Below, one piece after another: positions 12,590-25,100 of a DNA stretch of 64,000 bases. The notes below the pieces were generated by a model. It was not told the origin of the DNA, did no database searches, and saw only the letters and a program-made list of their open reading frames with translations. Within the stretch, counting starts at the first letter, position 1. The number at the start of each line of letters is the position of its first letter. Source of the DNA: Lama glama. Its lineage: Eukaryota. A program made the translations under genes and the position numbers. The DNA lies in contig CM052817.1 in assembly GCA_028534125.1 (NCBI GenBank), positions 68,264,001-68,328,000 on the forward strand, given 5' to 3'.

Positions 12590-15500
12590 TATTATCCAGA
12601 CATCCATCTTTAGCTCATTTGCATTTGATTTTAGCTTAATTTGAATACTATTTACCTGATTAGAATCAGTTGATGTGGAAGTATTCCTAACTGAGAGGAT
12701 GTTTTTTTCCCCCTCTTCGGTGAGGTGAACCATTAACCTGACTTCTGCTGAGTAAATCTACCTAATAGTACTAAGGAACTCTGTTCTCATCTCTGGTTAA
12801 AATAGCAGAAAACTTGTACACTCAGCCTTTTCTATTACATATATTCTATGATTAAATTCTTCTGTTTCAACATTTATATGTAAACTAATTCTCTAAATAT
12901 TTTCCTTTGTTTGTTTATATTTTTCCTGGATCATCACATTTTCTTTCAGGAATTAATCTTTCTTTGCCAAAGCTTTGATGTTATTTCTGTTATATTTATT
13001 TTTCTCTTGTAAGTCATCCTGGGTTATGAAGCAGCCGTTTCAGTTCAGATGGTGGCTGTGATGCTGAGCCTTTAATCTTGCATTAACACGCATTGAGGTG
13101 ATGGAGTGGCAGTCTGAATGATCGGAATCAAGATCAAGTTCATGACCAGGAATGAAGGTCAAGTTACTAGGTTTGGATCAGAAACACAGAGCTGAATCTA
13201 GGGCTAGGATATTTAGCCACAGGAGTAAGGTCAAGAATATGAAAGAGCAGTCAATTTTGCTAATTCAAGGTTTGGAATACCAGAGGTCAAAAATAGAAGA
13301 GTTAGGGAAAATACCCAGTTTTGTTAAACAGAATAAAGCCTAATATGAAAAACAATTGCAGAGAGAGGGGCTGAGGTGTTATTTCTAAATCTCTGCTCCC
13401 AGCTCCTCCCCCTCTGCACAGGATATTAGATTGCAAAGTTAACCCCTAATAGCCCAGCACTTCTTCATGGAAGGTGCCTCACAAAGCCCTCTCCTCTGGA
13501 AAGTTTTAGGAATGGATTAAAAAGGAATCAATTAAAATGCACACTTCTTATCATTCCCCCTCCCTTTAATTTATTTGCTAGAGTATTCTACCATACAGAA
13601 TAGCAAACATCTGGGAGAAATAATGAATAGCCATTTGAAGGCAAAATCTTGCTGTTCTCTGATACTAGAAAGTTTTATAATTATTTTTAAGTTACTTATA
13701 ATAAGCAGGTACACTCTGATAGAACTATTTAAAAGATTATTCTACTTCTGAAAGACAGAAGTTGCCACTTCATGGAATATTTTTGTAACTTGAACATTTA
13801 TGATTTAACTTTCTACATTTTAACTTCTAATGCTTTGAACTGAGTTTTTTTTTAAAACATTTATTGATAAAATCATTGTAGAAATTGGTTTTTGAGCAAA
13901 AATACGTTAAATACCTCTTTCGGTGTTCCCACTGGGATCAAACTGAGAATAAAATGGGGATCTCTCTATTGGCTGGCATGTTGCAAAAATCATGGATGCC
14001 ATTTAGTGGTTAATTTATATTTTCCATATCCTATCCTATGTCTTAGGTCCTTAAGAATTTTCAGATTTGACCCACCAGAGTTCTAGACTGTTAGGAAAAA
14101 CACAAAACTGGAATGATATTTCCACTTAGGTTGTTTACTATTTTTATACTGCTTACAGTGCTCACCTAAACATTTGTCAGTTATGACATATTTTTGAAGT
14201 ACATGACTAAGGAAATGATGTAAAAGAAGTACAAAATGCTTTATTAATAAGTAATGCAGAGGAGGAGATATTTTGAATAGGTTTAACATATTGCTTCTCT
14301 TTTTATTCATACACGTTCTTCTGCCCCTTATTAAAATTAACTACAAAGCCACTAGGATTTCATTTTATGGTCTTGATAGCAATAATTTTTTACCATTATT
14401 TTAAGAATAAATTCTCTTATTTTCTTGTCCTTAAGTAACTCTGATATATATAATGGTTTTGATCTTGTCAGCCAGGTAACATTTTAAAAAATCATTTCTT
14501 AGGAACAAATTTAATTTTCATTTCACACATTTTCATTAGCCTTCTCCTTAAATATATCTTCTTAGGTGTAATGAATGTGGTGCATTACCTGCTGAGCTGT
14601 CTGGATATTAGCAGAGCAGCCTGGCATGTTGATTGAACTGGATGACCTGTCCTGCAGAGTAAAACACCTCATTTTTTTTAAAAAAACATGAATTATTGTT
14701 ACTTAATCACAGCTTATTTTCAGAAGGAAAAAAGGATGCCGTATGTGTCTAACAAATGAGAATAAATCACTACCAAGGGGAGTAAGTGTACTCATTGTAA
14801 AATGAGTACATTTCTTATTTGATTAATTTACCATGGCTTAAAGCTCAATTTCTTTAGCACATAATCTATCCAGGCAATTAAGTATTTTGGTGAGAATTAC
14901 AAACTTTTTGGCTCCCAGAGTACCATTCAGACAGTATTTTTCAAATTTTTTTACTTTCACAGTAAATAATGCATTTTACAAGGTGACTGAACATATAAAT
15001 ATATATCTTTGTATTATATATGTTAATATATATACTTAGAAATACTTACAAAATAACCCACCTTACTACATGCTATGTACTCTGATATTTTCTATTTTAT
15101 TTCATTTTTTTAAAAAACCTACTGTATTGATTTTAAAACCTCACAATAGGTCATAAACAGCAGTTTGAAAAACGCTAATTTAATGGATCATTCTTTGAGA
15201 GCAAAAAATGGTTCCTTGATCATTTGTTCATTCACTCAGAGTAATTTCTGCAAGGCAGTGTTTTAAGTGCTTGTAGTAAGTATACAAAGAGAGTTAAACA
15301 TCAAACCTATGCTTATAATCAATTCTTATTTAAACTTAAAGCCCATTTAAAATAGAGTAAATTATATATGTGTATGAGTTTTTTCTTTAATTTTGTTCTT
15401 TCTGGCTCCTGTTTTGGCACTGATTATTGCTAGATATATTTGTAGAGACTTTCTACGACTTGACCTTTTTACTTTATCTCTTCATAATCATAAGTCATAA

Positions 15501-15699
15501 TCAGTTTGTAAAATAACTGTTTCTATGGAAACAGCATTCAGTGTCTCACAAAGAAGCAAGAACATTCTAATTTTGAAAGAAATTGAAGTTTGGTGATGGG
15601 GCTAGGGAGAAAGCATCTGACCAAGAGAAAACAGATACTAATTTACATCAGGGGTGATGGTTCAAATGTTTCTAATTTGTGTAAATAAAAACCTTTAAA

Positions 15700-16040
15700 T
15701 GCTGCATCCTAATAAAAAGAAACAAACTACTGATAATTGCAACTATATGGATGAATCTCAAAAAAAAACACATTGCTAAGAGGAAAAAGTCACATTTTGT
15801 GATTCCATTTATATGAAATTTCAGGAAAGGCAAAATTAGACACATGAAAAGCAGAGCAGAGGTCTCTTGTAACTGATTAGGGAGCAGAGATTGATTGTAA
15901 GTGGTCACAAGGGAACTTTTTGGTGTGATGTTGAGTGTTCTAATAGTGGATTATTGCTGTAGTTGTAAAACTAAATTTACCAAAACTCATTTGAACTGTA
16001 AACTTAAAATGTGTGAATTGTAAAGTTACCTCAATCAACT
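15700..16040 (+). mobile_element. Old L1M 3' UTR fragment
   Basis: atggatgaatctcaaaa...gattccatttatatgaaatttcaggaaaggcaaaat...aaaactcatttgaactgtaaacttaaaatg. Confidence 0.7.
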
Positions 16041-16093
16041 CTTATAACACACAAAAATATATAATAATGTGTTTTCATTCTTTTTCTGCCTAG

Positions 16094-16345
16094 GTAATTA
16101 TCTGTAAGAAACTTTCGGAAAAGCTGGTAGAATTTCCACTGCTGGCCGCCTGGTACCAGAGGATTCAGGAAGTGCCAAGAGTAAAAACAGTGGCTTCCCA
16201 GTGTGGGATCCAGTTTCTCCATTTACCACAGTTGCAGACCACCTCAAATGAACACCATCCAAACTTAGATGAAGCCCCATGTGTAGAGGAGCAAAGTGAT
16301 CCTTTATTTATAGGAGGACCAAGACCCACTATGACCAAGTTAATG
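16094..16345 (+). CDS. GSTCD: GSTCD exon 4 (252 nt)
   Basis: cctag|VIICKKLSEKLVEFPLLAAWYQRIQEVP...FIGGPRPTMTKLM|gtactt; open, phase 0-0. Confidence 0.95.
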
Positions 16346-16444
16346 GTACTTAAGTTGGTTTTATTAAAGTCTTGTTTGAAGGATTCCATGTGGTAATGTT
16401 GCTGAGCATCCTACCCCAACTTGCAATCATCTGTTCACACTTCT

Positions 16445-16498
16445 TTTTTTTTTTTTTTACATTTTTTTATTGATTCATAATCATTTTACAGTGTTGTT
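16445..16498 (-). mobile_element. Extremely 5'-truncated young L1 3' end with poly(A) and 11-bp TSD
   Basis: Minus strand ...ACTGTAAAATGATTATGAATCAATAAAAAAATGT then an A tail. TTCACACTTCT at 16434-16444 and 16499-16509. Confidence 0.75.
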
Positions 16499-17689
16499 TT
16501 CACACTTCTGTTATAAATTTTATTTATATCACTCTTGACCAATTAATATTTCTGCTAGTCTTTTCATTTAAGTGAAATGTGGTAAATTGAAGATTTTTAA
16601 TATTGTATGTCTTTGGAATCAAATAAGTCTATATATTTTTTTTAAGTATTTTTCTCAAAGCTTTTATTTATCTGAGACACCAAGATCATATTATGTGTGA
16701 TCAAGTTTATTGTTTTAACCTGATATTTTTCTGTTGCAAGGACTTGGTCTCAGTTTTTTTAATTTTGAGGTGATGATTTGAATTAAAGAAATACGAAGAT
16801 GATTATCTCAGTTTACATTCCAAGATTTTGTCTAAATTTAAGATTTTTGAATTCTTTGAATTGTCTTAACTTTATTCTTTGATTTTAGTGACTTTTTTTA
16901 TATAATAAGAACACATGATTTTTCTCTCTTTGCAGCATAATTTGTTTCTAATAGTACTAATTGTAAAAGTTTTTGCCAATAAGCTCTCTTTTCTCTATCA
17001 TTCAAAAAATTTGCAAAGGTGTTTTGTTTTTAACTTAGACTATTTGAAGATTTATTTGAATAGAGAATTTGTGAAGTAGTTTGAGCTAGTCATCTGAGTT
17101 GTATCGGAAATACTTGAGTTAGGAAGTATTTAAATTCTATACTTAACATAAAGTTTGCTGATTTGGAAAAGCACAGGAAGATTTTAGTAGTGATACCAGC
17201 CCTTTATCTCTTCAGCTAAGCTTTGTTAGCCTAGTGATGAAACTATGAAACAGGATGGTATAGTTGGTTATAGAAGATATCAGATATCAAAGCAGATCCA
17301 AAGTTTGATGTGTCTTGATCAGATGGTTGTACTGTTCAGTGATCTCTCATTACCTCCTGAGTGTTTTTTTTTAAATAATTGTCAAGAGAGTAATCTTTGT
17401 ATTAAAATACTAATTTTTAAAATTTCCACAAACCAAAAATCTATGCCTTTAATTCATACTTATGCAGAATCTTGAAAAAAATTGGTAATTCAGATTTTTC
17501 TGCCTATGCTTTTCCAACAATAAAATGACATTAGGAAAGGCATTTACATTTGAACTGTTTAAAAATATTTATAAAAAAGATAACTAAAATTTAAAGTCAG
17601 AAAAAAACTAATAGACAATTATAAAAAGAAGTCTTTTTGAAATAATATGAAAATATAAAGGAATCTTGAATTTTTAATTTATAGGGGAT

Positions 17690-18060
17690 GTGTTAGTTCA
17701 GGTCCTCCAAGAAACAAATTCCAAGATAGGGAGCAAGCAGTGTACTGAAGGAAGCAGCTTCAGTGAGGGGAAGTGGAGAGGCAGCCAGAGGAGGCTGGGA
17801 GAGCCTTCAGAATGTGATGCAGGTTTGATCCCTGTGCATGAAGACAGGAAAGATAGGAAGGTTGAGTCAGAAAAGTCAGACTTCTGTGCAGTTCTAAGAA
17901 AGTTTTGTCAAGTCAGTGGGGAGTCCTTGAGCCTGAATCATCTGTCAGAGAGTTCCATGTTTCTCAAAAATGATCTGCCACTCTCAGTCTCTGAGACTGA
18001 GACTCTCAGTCATTGCTTTGGGAACAGCCCATGGGAAAGCTATGCTAGGGACCAAGTGAC
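17690..18060. mobile_element. Old ERVL-type solo LTR fragment (LTR16-like)
   Basis: Motif ggagagccttcagaatgtgatgcaggtttgatccctgtg resembles this group; family call tentative. Confidence 0.45.
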
Positions 18061-18340
18061 TTGGGTTCTCCCAGCTTTGTAGCTAAGCTAACATTATTAC
18101 CTTCAGTAAGTCATTTAACCAAAGGCTCTCAATTTCTCCTTTTAAAATTTGGAGAGCAATACACATTCTGTATGATTCATTTCTGATTTTAAATCTTATG
18201 ATTGTATAAAAGTTGCTTGGGAGATTGCATCTTCAATTAAAAAAAAAAGAATGTTCAAATATGAAAATAACTTTAACTTTCCATTTTCATTCAGTTCTAA
18301 CTTGATAGTGTGTATTGTGTGCAATACATTTTCCTTTTTA

Positions 18341-18481
18341 TTTTGGGGGTGGTAATTAAGTTTGTTTGTTTGTTTGTTTTTTTGTTTCTAATGGAGGCAC
18401 TGGGGATTGAACCCAGGACTGCATGCATGCTAAGCGCATGCTAAGCACATGCTCTGCCATTGAGCTATACCTTCCCCTCAT
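18341..18481 (-). mobile_element. tRNA-derived SINE (camelid vic-1-like) with perfect 14-bp TSD
   Basis: Pol III A box TAGCTCAATGG and B box GGTTCAATCCC on minus, (AAAC)n tract. CATTTTCCTTTTTA at 18327-18340 and 18482-18495. Confidence 0.9.
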
Positions 18482-20292
18482 CATTTTCCTTTTTAATACG
18501 CCATTATTTTTGCTACATACCAGCAAGTTTATTGTCATATATATTTGAAAGACAATATTATATCAATTTACTATATTCTGTGGAGGTATTTTATTTATAC
18601 TGTTACTTTTCATTTCTGTATAGTCAGGCATTTTGGGGAGTTTTTGTGTGTGTTATGGGGTTTTTTGCCGATTCCATGAAGACACATGAAATTGGCACTA
18701 AGTGAATGTATAAAACAGGAAACTTTTCTAACAATCACATCTCACCTTTTTTCCTTCTGTTTTCTTTGGCACAATCTTGCCTCCCAAATCCCCCTTATTA
18801 TCCAGATGTTCTAAATTTATTTATTTACTCAGTCAAAAAAAGGTATATGTTTTTACTAAACTTCAGACACTGTTTTGAATGTTGGATATATGAGGAACAA
18901 ATTGGACTGCCCTCAGGGAGCTTACATTCTGGTGAGGTAGCTAAATAAAGAGAAAAACAAATAAATGTGTAGCACATTAAGTAATGATAAGTGCTATAAA
19001 AAAGTAACATAGGATGAGGAGGATGGAAGTGATGGAGGTCAGGGTAGTTTTTTAGATAGGGTGATAAGGAAGGATTATCTGATGAGGTGAAGACATTGAG
19101 CAAATAACCTGAATGAACATTTGAGAATTTGGAGGAAGTGTCCTAGGCAGAGGTTCCAACTATTAAGACCCTGAGCAAATCTACAGAGACAGAAAATGGA
19201 TCAGTAGCTGCCCAGGGCAGGGAGCTATAGGGGGAGAATGGAGAGTGTCTGCTAATGGGCATGGGCAAGACCCTAAGATGGGAATGAGTTTGATGAAATG
19301 AGGAATAGCAAGAAGCTCAGTATGGCTAGACTAGAATAAGGGAGGTAGGGGAGAAGTAGATGATGTCAGAGAGATGTGTTTATCTTTCTGGAGGCAAGGA
19401 AGTCCTCTAGACGTCTCTACATATAGATGCAGCTCTACCCCAACAAAAGAATTTTTGTACTATTTCCTTTGGAACTGGAATTCAGCTGGCTTTCACAGTA
19501 GAAAGTAATCTCATAAACTAACTACAAAGGGCTAATGATAGATTCTCAGGGATTTTTGTTTTGAATAGATATTCCTGAAGATAAATTCATGAACCATGTA
19601 TATGTATCCTATGGGCTGTGGTCAGAATATGATTGGAAAGGATCTGGGAATCCATGTGTGTGCCAAGCCACTGTCTGTAGATCAAATAAGTAAATGCACA
19701 AAGTTTCACATGGGGAAGGGATCTGAGAATTTTTTATGTATTGAAGGATAATGATCATTTTTTAAAAATATTGGGAGCCATTTGGTTAAAACAAAAGGAT
19801 CCTTTTCTAGAGACTTTGTAGGTACTTGTAAAAGGCTAGTATGTATGATAACGTTGGGTGAATGTTGAAGTGGGGACTTTTTGGTCCTTTAAATATAGCT
19901 CCTAGGCAGGGACAATTTTCATATAATTCAAGACAGATCTTGGTGGAAATATGCAGAGTCAGTTTTTGATTATGTGGATTGTTTCTGATAAAAACTTTTA
20001 TCCTCAGGTGACTTTTCTCTTTGACACCCAATATATTTCTAGGTAGCTTTTTACTTCTGTGTTGCTTCAGTAATATTTTAAATAGGAAATTTAATAATAA
20101 TTTATAGTAAAGTAACTGGGCTGTCAAACTCAACATATCATTTCTTATGTAACTAAGTATTTTGAGGAATACCTGATAATTATTAAAATTTATATTCCTC
20201 CTTGCCAGTATAGAAACTAGAAATTTGGTCTTTAGAACATAACAGGATTTTATTAATTCATTAATTTGGAAAGGGCCTATCTCCTTTTTCAG

Positions 20293-20386
20293 GAAAAAGG
20301 CATTGAAGTGATGTTTTCTCCCCACCCTTGCCCTACTTGGACCCTTGATTGGGACACTCTTCCTGCAGCAGTGAGCCCAAAGGAAG
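20293..20386 (+). CDS. GSTCD: GSTCD exon 5 (94 nt); remaining exons (methyltransferase-like C-terminal part) not seen in window
   Basis: tttttcag|EKGIEVMFSPHPCPTWTLDWDTLPAAVSPKE-G|gtgagt; phase 0-1. Confidence 0.95.
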
Positions 20387-20409
20387 GTGAGTTTTTTCCT
20401 TCTTCTTCT

Positions 20410-20515
20410 TCTTTGAATTTTACTTGTAATCTGGATACGCTGTTCAGATCCATCTTCTAGTTCTCTAGTTCTCTCTTTGGCTATATCCAACGTTATGATT
20501 ATACTATCCATTGCA
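20410..20515 (-). mobile_element. L1 ORF1 coiled-coil remnant
   Basis: Minus translation TLDIAKERTRELEDGSEQRIQ resembles the L1 ORF1p heptad region. Confidence 0.55.
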
Positions 20516-23500
20516 TTTTTATTTTATTTTTATTCTAAAATTTTACATATACACATTGCTTCAATTTAATATTTCCCACATTTTCCTACATTTGCTTCAT
20601 CTATTCCTTTTATTTTTCTTTGCAGAAGTATTTTGAAGCCTATCCCAGATAACATGTCAGACTATAGTATGCACATCTAAAAAATACTGACATCTTAAAT
20701 AATCTCCATGTCATCACACTTAATAAAAATCAACAAAAATTCCTTGATCATCTAATAAGCAGTTCATAATGATTTTCCCCCAACTGTTTTAAAATGTTAT
20801 TTGAAAAAAATATTTTGATAGTTAGGTTTTCAGTTAAGTAATTATATTTTTTATTGCTAGAAATTATATTTGGTTTGTTTGCTTTGATAATACACTTTTC
20901 CCTGCTCATGTTTCAATTTCCTCTTGCTATAATTTGTGATTTTATAATCTGTATTTGTTGTTTCTAATAGCTGATGCCCATAGAAGTCTAGTTCCATTGT
21001 TTGTTGTTTCTATTGACTTGACTACTGGCTCTGTTTCCCTGTTAGTTTTGTAATTTTAGATTATAAGTTTCATTTTTGGGGTTACCTAAATCTGAGAATC
21101 TTGTGGGGCTTGGGTTAGGAATGAATTCCCACAGAAATAGTTAATGTTTGTTTGTGTGAGGCATCTTGAAGTATAGAACTGAAGGCACTAGAACTTATCA
21201 TTAGTTTTTCAGATTGAGATTCCTTCAGCCTTTTCTATCTGGGGCTGAGGTTTAAACAGAAAAGTTTACTTTTATCATCTTCCTTTGCTGTTTGAGAGAA
21301 CTTTTTTTTTTTTGAAATGCATCTTTTCATAATGAATATAGCTTTTCAAGGTTTCGGCTTTCATGTAGTGATACCAGTTTCAACTCTCCACCATGCTAGG
21401 GGTCAAGGACTAGCCTCTCTTCTTTCTCTAGCTGTTAAAGCCTGGATCCCAGCAAATACCTTCCAGGCAGCTGTGGTGTCAGTTCAAGATAATTACAGTT
21501 CTTTTTAGTTCCTTTCCCCCTTTTTAAGGCCCTATGGGTTTTCCTTACTCTCAGAAATCCAGTTGTACATGTAAAGGATGATTGTTGAATTTTGAATGCC
21601 CTTTTAGTTATTTTTAGGTGAAGAACTTTTTTATAGCTCACTGTTCTATTTATTAGATCTTCATATATTCTTTAGTTTTATACTAAGCCAAATACAAGTT
21701 TTGATTTTTCAAATGCTCTTTGAAATCATATGGCTTTCTTTTTTGTATTCATCTTTTCTATGCTGCTTCCTAATATTGCCTGTATCTCAGTGATGAATTC
21801 TGTTCTGTCAGTCAAGGGTTAGATTAGAATTAGGATTCTTCCAAACTGGAAGATTATGTTGGATAGTTAAGAACTCTGCTGCAAAGATATTTTATAAAAA
21901 TGAAATCCATTTTTTGGTGTTTTATTAAATATTTGAAAAATAGTCACTAATGAATTTGTTAATGTTTTAAGAATTTTTGACATTTTACAAAATTTAAATG
22001 TTTATCTTTATTATACATGCAATTAGATTTTGTATACTCTTCAGTTATAGTATAGATTCTGAAGGAGTTAAACCTATAATTTACTAAATAAAAATCAGAT
22101 TTTTATTAATATTTATATTAAGAAATGAAAACAGAGCTTTTTAAGTGCCACATGTTTTGCTTTATAATTAATTTACTGTGAAGGGAAAAGAATATTTTCA
22201 CTTATTAATATGAGCACTCAATTACATTTGCTACCAACGCAAAATTTGACATTAAGCATTCATATCTGGTCCTTTTACTGGTTAGAAGTGCATAGCTAAT
22301 GGAGTTCATGGAATATATTACTCATTATATCCCTTTAATTGGATCACCTTATTTTCATAAATATAATGACAAAGATGGAATTATAACAGCAGAGCTACAT
22401 GGCTTACTCACGTTTTATTCACTGTTTCTTAAAAGGTTTATAGTCTTGTTAGCTAAGGTAGAATTGTGTCATTTTGGATTTTCTATTTTCAAGTCTGGCA
22501 GTTTCCATATCGCATAGTAATAGAACCTTTGTGAAATGAAATTATTGTACATACTGGTGTGGAGGTCACTACAAACATGTTCTGATGATTTGTCTTCTGG
22601 TACTGTCTTTTATGAGAAATTTATTATAATAAGGTATCGTTTGGATGTTTCAAAGACTGACTCCTTATACTGACTCCACTGAGTTATATCAAGATTGTGG
22701 TGCATATTATAAGAATCAGCTTCTTTACCATCAAAGACTGTATTAATTCTCATGATGGAGTCTCATATATTTTGTAAGCCTATCTAATCTCTCATCCTGT
22801 GCTGTCATCCATTTTTCTTCCTCCATCTTACAAACCATTCCCTGAACTTTTTACTGCTTCCATTATACAATGTATATTTGCTACCTCCATGCCTTCACCT
22901 TTATTTTTCCTCCAGCCTTGAATACTCTTCTTCCTATTTCCCATTCCACTGAAATTGTATTCATCTTTTAAGGATCAAGGCAAATGCTGCTTCTTTCATT
23001 GAGGCTTCTGCATGGGTTATGAAGTCAGCCTGCTTGAGTTTGAAATCCGAGCTACTATCTAGCTAGCTAGATAACCTATGGCCAGATCCTCAACTAGAAT
23101 CTCTGAATTCTCTGTATTCTCAAACTGACAACTCTCTGTACTTCAGTGATCTCATCTACAAAATGGGGATAATAATATACCTATTTTATAAGATTGTTGG
23201 TACATTCAATGAATATATAAAACACTTAGTACAGTGCCTAACTGTAAATAATAAATGTTAAATAATACTAATATAGTAGTCAGAATTAGCATTCCCTCTC
23301 AACATTTCTTTAGTACTTACTTATGCTTCATTTAGAATGCTATAGTACACTTCTTTTACACTATATTTATATGCATGTTTTCCTTCTCCAATAGACTGTG
23401 AGCTCTTTAAATAAAGGACCCCTGATAGGTTCTCAATAATTTTTTATTAAATTGAATTGGATTGAGACTGCAGATCCTTTTTTTAACTTCCCAAATTTCT

Positions 23501-23649
23501 ATTTAAACCAGACAATTATTTTGTCTTATATAAATTTAAAAGACTAAAATAATTGAGATTATTTAGTTTTAAGAAAAGAGAACTGAATATTTAATATACA
23601 TCACCATTCTTATTGTTATGTCATGATTATTATTATATTTTTCATGGAC

Positions 23650-25100
23650 TGTTTGGGAGTAAGTTGCAGACATCATGACTCTGCTTCTAAATATTTAACT
23701 ATGTCCTTTAAGAATAAGAACATTTTCTTACATTGCCATAGTACAATGATCAAAACAGGGTATTTAATTCAGTAATACTATTATCTATCCTACCATCCAG
23801 TAGATTGTAGTACACTTAGTTGTCATGTTTCTTTAGTTTACTTTTATGTGAAACAATTTCTCAGCCTTTCTTTGTCTTTCATATAATATAAACTTTTTTG
23901 AAGAGTTCAGGCCAGTTTTTCGTATACTGTCTCTCAGTTTGGATTCGTCTAATGTTTCCTCATGATTAGATTCAAGTTATGCATTTTGGGCAGGAACACC
24001 ACAGAAATGATACTGTGTCTTTCTTAGTGCCTCATTATCAGGAGGCATATTATGTCTGGTTGGGCTCAGTGATGTTGACTTTAGTCATTTGCTGAAGGTG
24101 GTGTCTGCCAGGTGCCTCTACTGTAATGTTACTATTTTGCTCTATTGAATTAATAAGTAGTTTGTGGAGAGATAAATATTTGAGGCTACATAATATCTTA
24201 TTTCTTTTCAAAATTTCACTCACTAATTTATATTCATATGATGATTCTTGCCTATGGTAGTTGCAAAATGGTGAATTTTCAACTCCATCATATTTCTATG
24301 TGTGTTAGTTGCCACCCTACTATAAGAAACTTCTCTTTTTTTCTTTTTCTTTCTCTCCTTCTCTCTTTCTCTTACTGTCTATTGACTCATGAACTTTTGG
24401 TTTATTAAATGAGCTATAATCCATCACTGTCTTTACTAATTTCAGTGCTCAAGTTGTCCCAGGTTGTAAGTGCCTTCAAGCTGGGTCCTGAGCCTTTGGA
24501 AATTCCCCAACCATTGTATGACTATGTCCTTAATTTCTGGCATAATGAAGTATTACAGGCTCATTTTGTCATTTTCCGGCCCCAGCCCTAGAATCAGCTG
24601 TTTCTCCAGAGAGCCCTGGTTCCTTTTAGTAGAGGATGGTATTGAGAAAATTAGATTTGGGCACTAGGTATGCTCATTGCTAACAGCGTTGTTGCTTCTA
24701 GGTTCTCTCAGCAGAGAGATGTGTATACAGATACATCTGTTAGGAACTAGATGAATGTATGCATACGTCTACGTACACACACACATGCATAATCATCACA
24801 TCAGTGTCTACTGGTGTACCTATATATATGTCTATTACGCTGACACCTTTCATTCTAATCCAGTACCACAAGATCCTTCCTAGTTTTTCTGAATTCAATA
24901 TCTATGTCTACCTTTTCCAACAGTGAAAGTTATAGCACCCAACATCACCTATAGATTTGTTCATTTGTTCTGTCCTCCACTATGTGAATGGTAATTTCAG
25001 TATTGCTTTATGCATATCTCTGTGAAAAGTACAACTACTAAGTTGAATTCCAGTTTGTTTGCAGTTATTTTCATCTTTGAATTGAGAGTATATGCAGGTA
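23650..25100 (-). mobile_element. Old L1M (L1MC-like) 3' region
   Basis: gtaagttgcagacatcatgac; tttcctcatgattagattcaagttatgcattttgggcaggaacacc. Similar pieces recur at 45.1-45.5 and 48.4-49.9 kb. Confidence 0.7.

Noticed and set aside
12556..12630. Functional tRNA-Gly gene
   Set aside because: No T arm, B box or 3' acceptor strand; only the 5' half is present.
14787..14810. 10-bp stem with GTAA tetraloop
   Set aside because: Short and AT-rich, plausible by chance in 64 kb, with no other support.
19807..20511. Longest ORF in the track (234 aa, minus)
   Set aside because: A composite of an L1 ORF1 relic, the antisense of exon 5 and AT-rich intron; no coding character.
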